This document shows, in pieces, positions 33,666-42,122 of a DNA stretch of 64,000 nucleotides. Within the stretch, counting starts at the first letter, position 1. The number at the start of each line of letters is the position of its first letter. A model generated the notes under the pieces. The model did no database searches. It had not been told where the DNA came from and worked only from the letters and a program-made list of their open reading frames with translations. Both the position numbers and the translations under genes were made by a program. The DNA is from Nanobdellota archaeon (GTDB lineage: Archaea; Nanobdellota; Nanobdellia; Parvarchaeales; Parvarchaeaceae), in assembly GCA_021817165.1 (NCBI GenBank), contig JAKAVT010000004.1, positions 1,757-65,756 on the forward strand, read 5' to 3'.

Positions 33666-34378
33666 TTTTTACTTAGTCTTTCCCGCAGTATATTTGATGC
33701 CTCTAGCAGACTTTCAAATGTGCCGGCGTCCAGCCAAGGCTCCTTTAGAAAAGAATGGGATAACTTTCCCTCTTCAAGATACATGTTATTAACGTCTGTT
33801 ATTTCAAGCTCTCCTCTTGCTGATGGCTTTAATCTGCTGATTTTGTCAAATACTGTATTATCATACTGATAAATTCCCGTAACGGCATAATTGGATTTAG
33901 GCTCTTTTGGCTTCTCTTCTATTCTCTTTATTCTTTGGTTTTCATCAAATTCTGGTACGCCGAAACGCTGCGGATCCTTGACTTCTTTTAGAAATACCCT
34001 TGCACCGGAAGTAAAATTACTTACGTGCTCAGAAATATCATCTAGTATTATATTGTCTCCTAAGATTACTGTTATGTTATCATCCTTAACAAATCCCTGA
34101 ACTAATGACAAAGCATGTGCTATTCCGCCGGCTTCATCCTGCAAAGTATAATGAAATCTCGCTCCAAATTCCTTTCCTGAACCCAAAAGATTCATGAAGT
34201 TTCCTGCGTTTTCTTTTCCCGTAACTATTATAATATCCTTTATCCCTGCCGAAACCAATCTTTCTATTGGGTAATATATCATCGGCTTGTTGTAAACCGG
34301 CAGTAAATGCTTGTTTGTAACCTTTGTTAATGGATACAGTCTAGTACCGTTACCTCCTGCAAGAATCACTCCTCTCAT
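33662..34378 (-). CDS. rfbA: Glucose-1-phosphate thymidylyltransferase (short form sugar nucleotidyltransferase)
   Basis: 238 aa. ILAGGNGTRLYPLT, YDKP-like NKPMIYYP and GDNI. Convergent 4-nt overlap with rfbD. Confidence 0.8.
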   Translation of the reverse strand: MRGVILAGGNGTRLYPLTKVTNKHLLPVYNKPMIYYPIERLVSAGIKDIIIVTGKENAGNFMNLLGSGKEFGARFHYTLQDEAGGIAHALSLVQGFVKDDNITVILGDNIILDDISEHVSNFTSGARVFLKEVKDPQRFGVPEFDENQRIKRIEEKPKEPKSNYAVTGIYQYDNTVFDKISRLKPSARGELEITDVNNMYLEEGKLSHSFLKEPWLDAGTFESLLEASNILRERLSKN

Positions 34379-34432
34379 TTATATTTAAGACGATATTTGC
34401 TTTATAAATATTAATATTAGATAAAAACTCTT

Positions 34433-35359
34433 CTATTTTGAGGCATATATTGTTCCATGGCTGGAAAGGTCAAATCTAAGTTGATTGTGCTTAAATATTA
34501 TGACATTCTTGAATCCATAATCCTTAAGTTTATCTAATAAGTACTTAAGAGTCTTAGACTTGTCTTTTAGCAGATATGGTGAGTATTCTAATCTTACCAA
34601 TTTAAACCTGGATACAGCTTTATCGTTGATAACATCGAATTCTGATCCCTTTATATCAAGGTCAAGCAGGTATGGATGATGAATGTTCATTTCTTTTAGC
34701 AAAGTTTTAATGGATTTTGATGGCGTTGTTATGTAAGCATTTGTTTTATTAAATAATGATGAACCGCCGCTAGATTTAGACGAAGGAAAATCTACTTTTC
34801 CATCTCTGCCTATAGCATATCTTTTTAAAACAATTTTATTTGCTAGCTTTTGATTTAATTTTATATTTTGTTTTGCCAATGCAAATGACTTTGTATCTGG
34901 TTCAAATGCATATACTTTTGCACCAAAATAAGCATAATATAAAGGAGTATCTCCGATAAATGCACCAGCAGTAACAACAATCTTATTTGCTAAATCGTGA
35001 CTAGAAAAATGAATTTGCCTTAGGAAAGTTTCAGAAAAGATAAGCGGGTCGAAATTCTGAAGATATAATTTTAAGCCTTGATGAGTTTGTATGATGTTAT
35101 TATTTAATAATTTCCATTGACCTGGCTCATCGCCTAATCTGATTCCTTCGGCTAAAAGAAAATAGACGAAATTAAATATATCTTTTTTATTTTCTTCATT
35201 AAATTTTACTGAATTTCCATCTGTTAGTTTTATAACACCGCTTTGAAATATCTTTACCCAAGGATTTTCTATAGTATACTTTTTCCCCTCTACGGTTTTT
35301 GTAACAAGAGTTTTCTGACGGGAAACTGCATTAATAAATCTATTTTTCAATCTAAACAT
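34433..35359 (-). CDS. FkbM-family SAM-dependent methyltransferase
   Basis: 308 aa. VVTAGAFIGDTPLYYAYFGAKVYAFEPDTKSFALAKQNIKLN matches the FkbM (Methyltransf_21) core. AT-rich; one hand-counted line gave 27 % GC. Confidence 0.65.
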   Translation of the reverse strand: MFRLKNRFINAVSRQKTLVTKTVEGKKYTIENPWVKIFQSGVIKLTDGNSVKFNEENKKDIFNFVYFLLAEGIRLGDEPGQWKLLNNNIIQTHQGLKLYLQNFDPLIFSETFLRQIHFSSHDLANKIVVTAGAFIGDTPLYYAYFGAKVYAFEPDTKSFALAKQNIKLNQKLANKIVLKRYAIGRDGKVDFPSSKSSGGSSLFNKTNAYITTPSKSIKTLLKEMNIHHPYLLDLDIKGSEFDVINDKAVSRFKLVRLEYSPYLLKDKSKTLKYLLDKLKDYGFKNVIIFKHNQLRFDLSSHGTIYASK

Positions 35360-35552
35360 AATATAACTTTATGCAATAATTAGTATTTAAATCAATTTTA
35401 TGTATACTTTAAGTAACGAATTTATTTTTCGAATAATTTCAATTGTTTACTTAACTGCTTATTATGAGAATGTTTCTGTTCCATGGATATTTACAGTTTC
35501 ACTACTAATCATAAGCACAAAATTCAACTTGGCAGATTAAAGCTATATATGA

Positions 35553-35602
35553 AAATATCTTATTGTTAATAAAATTGATAACTATAAGATATTTATATAA
35601 AG
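35553..35602 (+). promoter_or_regulatory. Candidate AbiEi operator (11-bp perfect inverted repeat) overlapping the TATA box of the abiE operon
   Basis: AAATATCTTAT (35553..35563) and ATAAGATATTT (35584..35594) are exact reverse complements separated by 20 nt. The right arm runs into ATTTATATAA (35591..35600), about 20-25 nt upstream of the ATG at 35619, which fits a leaderless layout. Confidence 0.4.
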
Positions 35603-35618
35603 AGAGGCTAAAACTATT

Positions 35619-36314
35619 ATGAACACGTACGAGATAGCAAAAGAACTAGGAAAGAGGGATAAAAAAGTCTTTTCATTGGCAGAATTGGCCGTTTTGACCG
35701 GTTTAAACCAAAGAAGCGCAAGCGTATTACTAAACAGGATGGCTAAAAAGCAGCTTGTCTACAAAATAGAAAGGGGAAAATTCTCGTTAACCGATGATCC
35801 ATTTATCTTAGCATCAAATGTCATTTATCCCGCATATTTATCGTTCAGTTCCGCCTTTTACGTGTATGGTTTACTTGAGCAGGTCATAGACAAGATATAC
35901 GTAGCGACTTCCAGGAAAACGAAAAACAGAAATTTTAACGGAACTGAGGTTATTTTCGTAAAGATACCTGAAAAGCTAATGTTCGGCTTTAAAAAGACTG
36001 CTTATGCCGGTGGAATAATAGCTATAGCGGAGAAAGAGAAGGCATTTGTGGATTCGCTTGCTTACACAAGATATGTAAGGATTAACTTCTTAAATTCAAT
36101 AATTGGGGAAATGGACAAAAAATTGCTTGAGGAATATGCAGATATGGCAAAAATTGAGGCCGTAAGGAGGCGTTTGGGCTTTCTCCTTGAAAAAAATGGC
36201 ATTGAAACTAGGATAAAAGCAAACGGAAAAACGGTGTATAAGTTAAACCCCTCTATAAAGAGCAAAGGTATTTTAAATCCCAGATGGAAATTGTACGTGA
36301 ATGAGGAATTATGA
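35619..36314 (+). CDS. AbiEi-like type IV antitoxin / transcriptional regulator
   Basis: 231 aa. N-terminal winged-helix-like segment (LAELAVLTGLNQRSASVLLNRMAKKQLVYKIERGKF). ATGA overlap with a DUF1814/AbiEii-type gene. Confidence 0.65.
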   Translation: MNTYEIAKELGKRDKKVFSLAELAVLTGLNQRSASVLLNRMAKKQLVYKIERGKFSLTDDPFILASNVIYPAYLSFSSAFYVYGLLEQVIDKIYVATSRKTKNRNFNGTEVIFVKIPEKLMFGFKKTAYAGGIIAIAEKEKAFVDSLAYTRYVRINFLNSIIGEMDKKLLEEYADMAKIEAVRRRLGFLLEKNGIETRIKANGKTVYKLNPSIKSKGILNPRWKLYVNEEL

Positions 36315-37066
36315 TAAGCAAGGAAACATTGACAGAAATCGCAAAGATGGAAGGATTAAAACCTTACCAGGAAGAGAAAAAATACATACAGATGCTTGTG
36401 CTAAAGGCAATGTCCAATTCAACTTATCTTGTATTCAAAGGAGGAACCGCTCTCTTTCTTTTATACGGATTAAACAGATTCAGTGAGGACCTTGATTTCA
36501 CCGCTGTTTCTGGCTTAGACTTTCCAGGGCTTTTAAAAGAGATATCTGCTTCTCTTCAACTAATGAACGTAAGAAATGAAACCAAAGAATTTGACAGCAT
36601 TTCCGGTTTTAGCGGAAGAATAAAGGCGTATGGGCCGTTGAATTCAAATGAAAGGGATGCGTGCTTTGTAAAAATAGATATAAGTACTATGGAAAAAATT
36701 TCGTTGAAATCGGACCTTAAAGAGATAAACAGCAACTTCCCTGATTTACTGCCTTTTTCTGTGCAGGTAATGAATGAAGCAGAGATATTATCAGAAAAGA
36801 TCAGAGCAGTGATAACAAGAAATCAGGCAAGAGATGTATATGATCTTTACTTTCTTTTAAAAAAGGGCGTAAAATTTGACCTTTCGCTTTCAAACAAAAA
36901 GCTTGAATACTACAAACTAAAGTTTTCAATGGAATTGCTGGACAAAAGCCTTGAAAGGAAAAAAGAGATATGGAAACAGGAGCTTAATCCGATATTGATT
37001 GGAAAGATACCTGATTTTGAGGATGTAAAATCACTTGTAATTGACAAAGTAAAAAACAATAATTAA
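36311..37066 (+). CDS. AbiEii-like nucleotidyltransferase toxin (DUF1814)
   Basis: 251 aa. FKGGTALFLLYGLNRFSEDLDF is the GG[ST]AL...R.SEDLDF nucleotidyltransferase motif of AbiEii. A later KIRAVITRNQARDVYDLYFL motif is also present. Confidence 0.75.
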   Translation: MISKETLTEIAKMEGLKPYQEEKKYIQMLVLKAMSNSTYLVFKGGTALFLLYGLNRFSEDLDFTAVSGLDFPGLLKEISASLQLMNVRNETKEFDSISGFSGRIKAYGPLNSNERDACFVKIDISTMEKISLKSDLKEINSNFPDLLPFSVQVMNEAEILSEKIRAVITRNQARDVYDLYFLLKKGVKFDLSLSNKKLEYYKLKFSMELLDKSLERKKEIWKQELNPILIGKIPDFEDVKSLVIDKVKNNN

Positions 37067-37089
37067 AAGGACTTACCTCAAAAATTCAT

Positions 37090-38493
37090 TTAATCCAAAT
37101 ACTTCTTTGTTATGACAAAAGTGTTAGGTAAATCTGCAATGAAATAACCATTTTCGCTTATCCTTTGCCTTAATAAATCGGCTGCTACAAAGTCCTTATC
37201 CTTCCTTTTCTTTTCCCTCTCCTCTGCTAAAGCAATCATTTCCTGAGGTATTTCATAGTCTATGTAAACTCCTAAAAAGCCGTTCATCTTGCTGATTGCA
37301 TTTGAAAGAGCAGAAAACTCTTTATTGTCAATCTTTCCTTTCTCTGTCTTTTCATCTGCTAAATCAAGCAGTGAAAGGAAATGCTGCAAAGCTTCATGCG
37401 TGTTTAGATCATTGTTAACAGCTTCTTTGAATGCCTGTAGTTCATTATCCACTTTCTGCTTTGTCTGTATCCTTGAGTAACTATCTTCTTTTTCATCGTA
37501 TTTCTTCGTTTTGTTCAGCGCTTTTATGGATAAATCTATCTTTCCCAGTAGTTTTTCATACTTCCTCAGGTTTTCAAAGTTGAAATCTAATTTGTTTCTA
37601 TAATGGCTGTCGATTACCATTAATCTGAAAGACAGCGGATTAAAGCCCTGTTTCTCTAGATCCCTCAAAGTATAGAAATTATTCAATGACTTTGACATTT
37701 TCTGGTTGTTTACAAGCAAGTGTTCTCCATGCAGCCAGTAATCAACGAATTTTTGCTTGCTGTAGCTCTCGCTCTGCGCTATTTCATTCTCATGATGCGG
37801 GAATATCAAATCTACAGCTCCGCAGTGTATATCGATTGTTTTGCCGAGGTATTTCATTGACATAGCACTGCATTCAATATGCCATCCCGGTCTGCCTTTT
37901 TTCAGTTTTCCTTCCCAGTGGACCTTTCCATCGTTTGTATCCCAGTATTTCCACAAGGCAAAATCCGCCGCATTGTCTTTGTCATACTCATCGGTCTTTA
38001 TCCTCGAATAATCGCCGTTAACCTTCATCCCTGATAATTTGCCGTAATCCTTGAACTTTGAAACGCTGAAGTATATGCCGTCCTCTGCCTCGTAAGCATA
38101 TCCTTCCTTTAACAGTTTTGCAATGATTTTTTGCATTTCATCGATGTTATCCGTTGCCTTCGTAAACTTTATGTCCATGTCTACATTTAATTTTTCTAAA
38201 TCTTCCATAAAGTACTTGGTGTAAAGTTCAGTGTATTCCTTTAAGGATACCCTGCTTTCTATAGCTCCCTTTATTGTTTTATCGTCAACGTCTGTAATGT
38301 TCATTACATGTTTAACCTTGTAATCGTTGAATTTGAAGGCCCTTTTGACCATGTCGTAGAATATGAACGTTCTAAGATTTCCGATGTGTACATAGTTGTA
38401 AACCGTCGGGCCGCACGTATACATCGTAACCAGCCCTTCCTTCAGGGCCTTGAAATTCTCCACCTTTTTGCTTAAAGTGTTGTAAATCTCCAT
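37090..38493 (-). CDS. cysS: Cysteinyl-tRNA synthetase
   Basis: 467 aa class I aaRS. HIGN (YVHIGNLRT), KMSKS (QKMSKSLNN) and the Zn-site pattern GRPGWHIECSAM. Confidence 0.92.
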   Translation of the reverse strand: MEIYNTLSKKVENFKALKEGLVTMYTCGPTVYNYVHIGNLRTFIFYDMVKRAFKFNDYKVKHVMNITDVDDKTIKGAIESRVSLKEYTELYTKYFMEDLEKLNVDMDIKFTKATDNIDEMQKIIAKLLKEGYAYEAEDGIYFSVSKFKDYGKLSGMKVNGDYSRIKTDEYDKDNAADFALWKYWDTNDGKVHWEGKLKKGRPGWHIECSAMSMKYLGKTIDIHCGAVDLIFPHHENEIAQSESYSKQKFVDYWLHGEHLLVNNQKMSKSLNNFYTLRDLEKQGFNPLSFRLMVIDSHYRNKLDFNFENLRKYEKLLGKIDLSIKALNKTKKYDEKEDSYSRIQTKQKVDNELQAFKEAVNNDLNTHEALQHFLSLLDLADEKTEKGKIDNKEFSALSNAISKMNGFLGVYIDYEIPQEMIALAEEREKKRKDKDFVAADLLRQRISENGYFIADLPNTFVITKKYLD

Positions 38494-38584
38494 AAAGACA
38501 ATAATCTCTTTTCACGAATATAAACTGTAAGTATTCAAAGAATCGATAAGTTAACATTAAATAATAAAGATTGGTATAGATTGT

Positions 38585-39283
38585 ATGATGTTGGGAAAAG
38601 GCGGCAGGTACCTGGGCGGATTGCTTCTGTTCTTAGGACTTCTTTTCTTCACATTGATATTCGCAGGCTTTTCATCTGGCTTTTTATCGCATTCATTTGC
38701 ACAAAATGCAGTTTCAAAGATAGTGAACTATACCGTGCAGCAGGATGAACTAACCAATATAATATCGAGCACAAACGTCACTGGTTTGACGTCAACTGTC
38801 ACTGCAAAGCTAAACTCCCAGATATCGTATATAAACTGCGGCATGGGCTGCCTGGCTTCCTCTTTTTTAAAGGATTCCACGGGAATAAACCTATCCATGA
38901 ACAATATAGACATCTACCACTATGAGCTTGCCTCTCTTGCAATAGCAATCATCGGCATAGTACTGATATTCTTTTCCTATAAAAAAGAGAAAAAACTCGT
39001 TGCAGTAGGCAAAAACGTGATTTCAATGGCCATCATATCGATAGTACTGTTCTACATACCGTTGGCATACATAATACCGATACTCCTTTCTTTTTCGGTT
39101 TCTACTTATTCTGTAAAGATACCCGCTAACATATTTTCCGGTTTTGCGGGCACTCTGCTTGTAATTGACATAGCGCTGATCATAGCAGGCGTTGTTTTGA
39201 TGATAATAGCGGCAATACTTTCTAGAATAGGGAAAAACCCCATGCAGAGCACAGGCACAAAATTAATAGTGGCGCACAAGTAA
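38585..39283 (+). CDS. Integral membrane protein
   Basis: 232 aa. N-terminal TM, ~90 aa loop with sequons, then about 4 further TM helices. Confidence 0.5.
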   Translation: MMLGKGGRYLGGLLLFLGLLFFTLIFAGFSSGFLSHSFAQNAVSKIVNYTVQQDELTNIISSTNVTGLTSTVTAKLNSQISYINCGMGCLASSFLKDSTGINLSMNNIDIYHYELASLAIAIIGIVLIFFSYKKEKKLVAVGKNVISMAIISIVLFYIPLAYIIPILLSFSVSTYSVKIPANIFSGFAGTLLVIDIALIIAGVVLMIIAAILSRIGKNPMQSTGTKLIVAHK

Positions 39284-39315
39284 AACCATAAATATTCTTC
39301 ATGCAGAAAAGTTAG

Positions 39316-40233
39316 ATGACATCAAAACGCTTCAGATATAGGCACAACTTTTCCTTTATAATAGCGACGGGCTTATTTCTGTCCATTACAAATGCGGTCT
39401 GGGCGTTCCTGCTCTCGATAGCCGAAACGGCAAACGGCGATTTTGCCGCAGTGGCGTTGATAATGGTACTCGGACAGGTGCCGATTACAGTGGTTGTCGT
39501 ACTGTTAAGGAAGGAAAGGATTGTTTTTTCTTTTTACCCCGCGGTGACTGGAGTACTTTACGGGCTTGCAAACGTGCTCCTTCTAAGCATCTTCTCCTTC
39601 AGGAATTCGGCCGTGATATACTCTCTGATATCTCCCACGATAATCGTTTTCATAATCGCGGAGATATTCATAAACCGCAAGAAAATAATGAAAAGGAACG
39701 TGAAAAACCTCGCGGTCGGAGGCGGCATTGCAGGCATCGGCTTCTTTGTCTTGTCTCTATCCGGATTAAACCTGTCAATAATAACGCCCTACGACATATT
39801 CTTATCCATAATTCTGATAGTGCTGTACGGCCTTGCCGGATTTTTTTTCACCCAGACGGGATTGAAAAGCAGGAGGACTTACTTTCCAATAATCGTAATT
39901 GACATCTTTGAGATTGCGACAATCTTGCCTTTCCTGCTTTTTTACAGGTTCACCATACCGGTTAATGGATTGACAATAGCGCTTCTTGCCGGCTTGGTTG
40001 TGAGCGTGGGTGTGATAATGAGCTTTGTCGGATACGGAACTCTCGAAAAAAGCCGCAAAGCAATCCCTTATTCATCGGTGATGTACATACTATCCGAGAT
40101 GGAAACGCTTTTCCTGCTGCTTTTTTACAGTATATTCGTAAGAGTACTTAATTTATACGTAATAGGCTCCATCCTGCTTATAATTCTGGCTATCTGGTAT
40201 CTATCAAAAGAATCCGACGTTTCTTTTTCCTAG
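39316..40233 (+). CDS. Polytopic membrane protein (about 10 TM, DMT/EamA-like architecture)
   Basis: 305 aa and almost entirely hydrophobic helices. The internal two-fold arrangement suggests a DMT-type transporter. Architecture only. Confidence 0.45.
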   Translation: MTSKRFRYRHNFSFIIATGLFLSITNAVWAFLLSIAETANGDFAAVALIMVLGQVPITVVVVLLRKERIVFSFYPAVTGVLYGLANVLLLSIFSFRNSAVIYSLISPTIIVFIIAEIFINRKKIMKRNVKNLAVGGGIAGIGFFVLSLSGLNLSIITPYDIFLSIILIVLYGLAGFFFTQTGLKSRRTYFPIIVIDIFEIATILPFLLFYRFTIPVNGLTIALLAGLVVSVGVIMSFVGYGTLEKSRKAIPYSSVMYILSEMETLFLLLFYSIFVRVLNLYVIGSILLIILAIWYLSKESDVSFS

Positions 40234-40511
40234 AGATTCATTCGCTTTCGCTGCTGTAGTATTCTTTTAGAACTTCGTTTGAATCCTTTTCAACTTCCTG
40301 TTCTATTGCTTTTTCTTCCTTGTCCATAATTTTGCCTTAATACGCTCATTATATAAAAACGTTAATCAACCGACTTCTGTCATTTGACAAAACAGATTAA
40401 AATTTAAATGTTATTCTAGAAGAAAAAATTTACGTAAAACCCAACTAGTAATCTCCTATAAGCATTCTGTAAAGCAGATTTGACAAAAATTACATTCGAA
40501 AGTACTGAAAA

Positions 40512-40620
40512 AGGTGAGCGCGGGAGTCGAACCCGCCTACTTCGTTAACGGCTATGTCTCACAACGCTAGACAGCATTTGTCATTTGCAGACGAATACAT
40601 AGCCGCTCTGTCAGCTCACC
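40512..40620 (-). tRNA. tRNA-Cys (anticodon GCA) with a 38-nt intron at the canonical 37/38 position
   Basis: Minus strand reads GGTGAGC TG ACAG AGCGGCT ATGT A TTCGT CTGCAA [ATGACAAATGCTGTCTAGCGTTGTGAGACATAGCCGTT] A ACGAA GTAG GCGGG TTCGACT CCCGC GCTCACC T. Perfect acceptor, anticodon and T stems; spliced loop CTGCAAA; discriminator U73 as expected for tRNA-Cys. The intron occupies 40547..40584. Confidence 0.72.
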
Positions 40621-40727
40621 ACATGACAGAATAACAATTTAATCTGCAGTAACTTAATAATACTTTCTACCTGCAGAGTAAGCGATTAGACTTACCTATA
40701 CATTTAATTTATGGTAAACAAAAACAA

Positions 40728-41060
40728 CTATGAGATATTCTTTCCAAGCGGAACTTCGTTATCCGGAGAAAGCAAAACGACACCATTTTCAGTTTCCACT
40801 CCTAAAACAAGGACCTCCGAGAGAAAGTCTGCAATTTGCTTTGGCTTGAAATTAACTACCGCTATTATCTGCTTTCCGATTAAGTCTTCCTTTCTATAGA
40901 GCTTTGTAATCTGTGCACTGCTTCCCTTTATTCCTATTTCTCCAAAATCTATCTTTAGCTTATAAGCCGGCTTTTTTGCATTTGGAAAGTCTTCTACACC
41001 AATTATCTTCCCGGTCCTTATGTCAACTTTCTTGAAATCCTGAACCTCTATATATTCCAT
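40728..41060 (-). CDS. csaA: CsaA-like stand-alone tRNA-binding OB-fold protein
   Basis: 110 aa. DFKKVDIRTGKIIGVEDFPNAKKPAYKLKIDFGEIGIKGSSAQIT...GKQIIAVVNFKPKQIADFLSEVLVLG is the CsaA/Trbp111 pattern. Confidence 0.8.
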   Translation of the reverse strand: MEYIEVQDFKKVDIRTGKIIGVEDFPNAKKPAYKLKIDFGEIGIKGSSAQITKLYRKEDLIGKQIIAVVNFKPKQIADFLSEVLVLGVETENGVVLLSPDNEVPLGKNIS

Positions 41061-41680
41061 TATTTCTTCTTGGTTATCCTTAAAATGGAAGCTATTTTCT
41101 TTCTAAAGATGTAAATCAGGAAGAAAAGAACGAATATTACTGCAACGTAAACTCCTGCTTTTTCAAAGATATTTGCTATGGATTCCCAGTTACTTGAAAG
41201 GTAATAGCCGGTATAGACAAGAAAACCTGACCAGATAAGTACTCCTGCAGAGGAATAAGCTATGAACTTCTTTATGTCCATCTTGAAAGCACCGCATATT
41301 ATCCCGGCTATAGAACGAATCGCAGGCAAAAGCTTTGTGAAGAAAGCAAAGTAATCTCCGTATTTCTTTATCCACCTTATGCCCTTTTCATACTCTAAGT
41401 CTTTGAAGCCAAGTTTTTTCGAATACTTGAGAAATATCTCTATACCCAAGAAGTAACCAAGCAGAAAACCCACTATGCTTCCCAATATGGAAGCCGTTAC
41501 TGCGTCAGTAAACCCTAAATATGGGTTGATTTTGCCTATCGCTATAAGAAAGCCTGTAAATGGCAGCACTACTTCACTTGGTATGGGCAGTATTACTGAC
41601 TCAAGGAACATCAATATAAAAATGGCAGAATAGCTATTGCTTTCCAAGAATGCAAGTATCTGATCCAAACCAAAAATCAT
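41060..41680 (-). CDS. DedA/SNARE-associated family membrane protein
   Basis: 206 aa. FLESVILPIPSEVVLPFTGFL near the N-terminus and 4-5 TM helices, the typical DedA pattern. Confidence 0.78.
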   Translation of the reverse strand: MIFGLDQILAFLESNSYSAIFILMFLESVILPIPSEVVLPFTGFLIAIGKINPYLGFTDAVTASILGSIVGFLLGYFLGIEIFLKYSKKLGFKDLEYEKGIRWIKKYGDYFAFFTKLLPAIRSIAGIICGAFKMDIKKFIAYSSAGVLIWSGFLVYTGYYLSSNWESIANIFEKAGVYVAVIFVLFFLIYIFRKKIASILRITKKK

Positions 41681-41681
41681 T

Positions 41682-42122
41682 TTACACCTTTTTTATGAGC
41701 TCTCTCGGATCCTTGTCGTCAACCTTTAAGCCAAGGCTTAAGCATGAACCTAAAACTTCGTTTATCATTCCCTGCTCGTTCTTTGCAAGCGAGTATTTTG
41801 AATGGTCTTTTGCTATCTTCTTCACTTTTTCAAATGATATTGAAGCTGAATCCTTCCTATCGCCGAAGCCTTTTTCCAAACCTGCTTCTTTTATTAGAAG
41901 CTGCGAAACGGAAGGCATCAATACATTTAATTCGTATTCCTTTGTTGCCTTGTCTATCTCTATCTCCACAGGCACTTTCATTCCAGCAAAATCCTTCGTC
42001 TTATCGTTTATTTTCTTGACCACTTCTGGTGGCTTCAAACCCAGCATTGTAAGCTGCGGTCCCAAAGGCGGGGCAGGAGTAGCCTTTCCTCCTTCAACAA
42101 CAATCTTGACTTTCGTTTTCAT
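41682..42122 (-). CDS. rpl11: 50S ribosomal protein uL11
   Basis: 146 aa. VEGGKATPAPPLGPQLTMLG is the uL11 N-terminal signature. 4-nt overlap with spt5. Confidence 0.92.
   Translation of the reverse strand: MKTKVKIVVEGGKATPAPPLGPQLTMLGLKPPEVVKKINDKTKDFAGMKVPVEIEIDKATKEYELNVLMPSVSQLLIKEAGLEKGFGDRKDSASISFEKVKKIAKDHSKYSLAKNEQGMINEVLGSCLSLGLKVDDKDPRELIKKV

Noticed and set aside
36301-36486. 61-aa ORF at the AbiEi/AbiEii junction
   Set aside because: Out-of-frame overlap with the start of the AbiEii gene, whose frame carries the GGTAL...SEDLDF motif.
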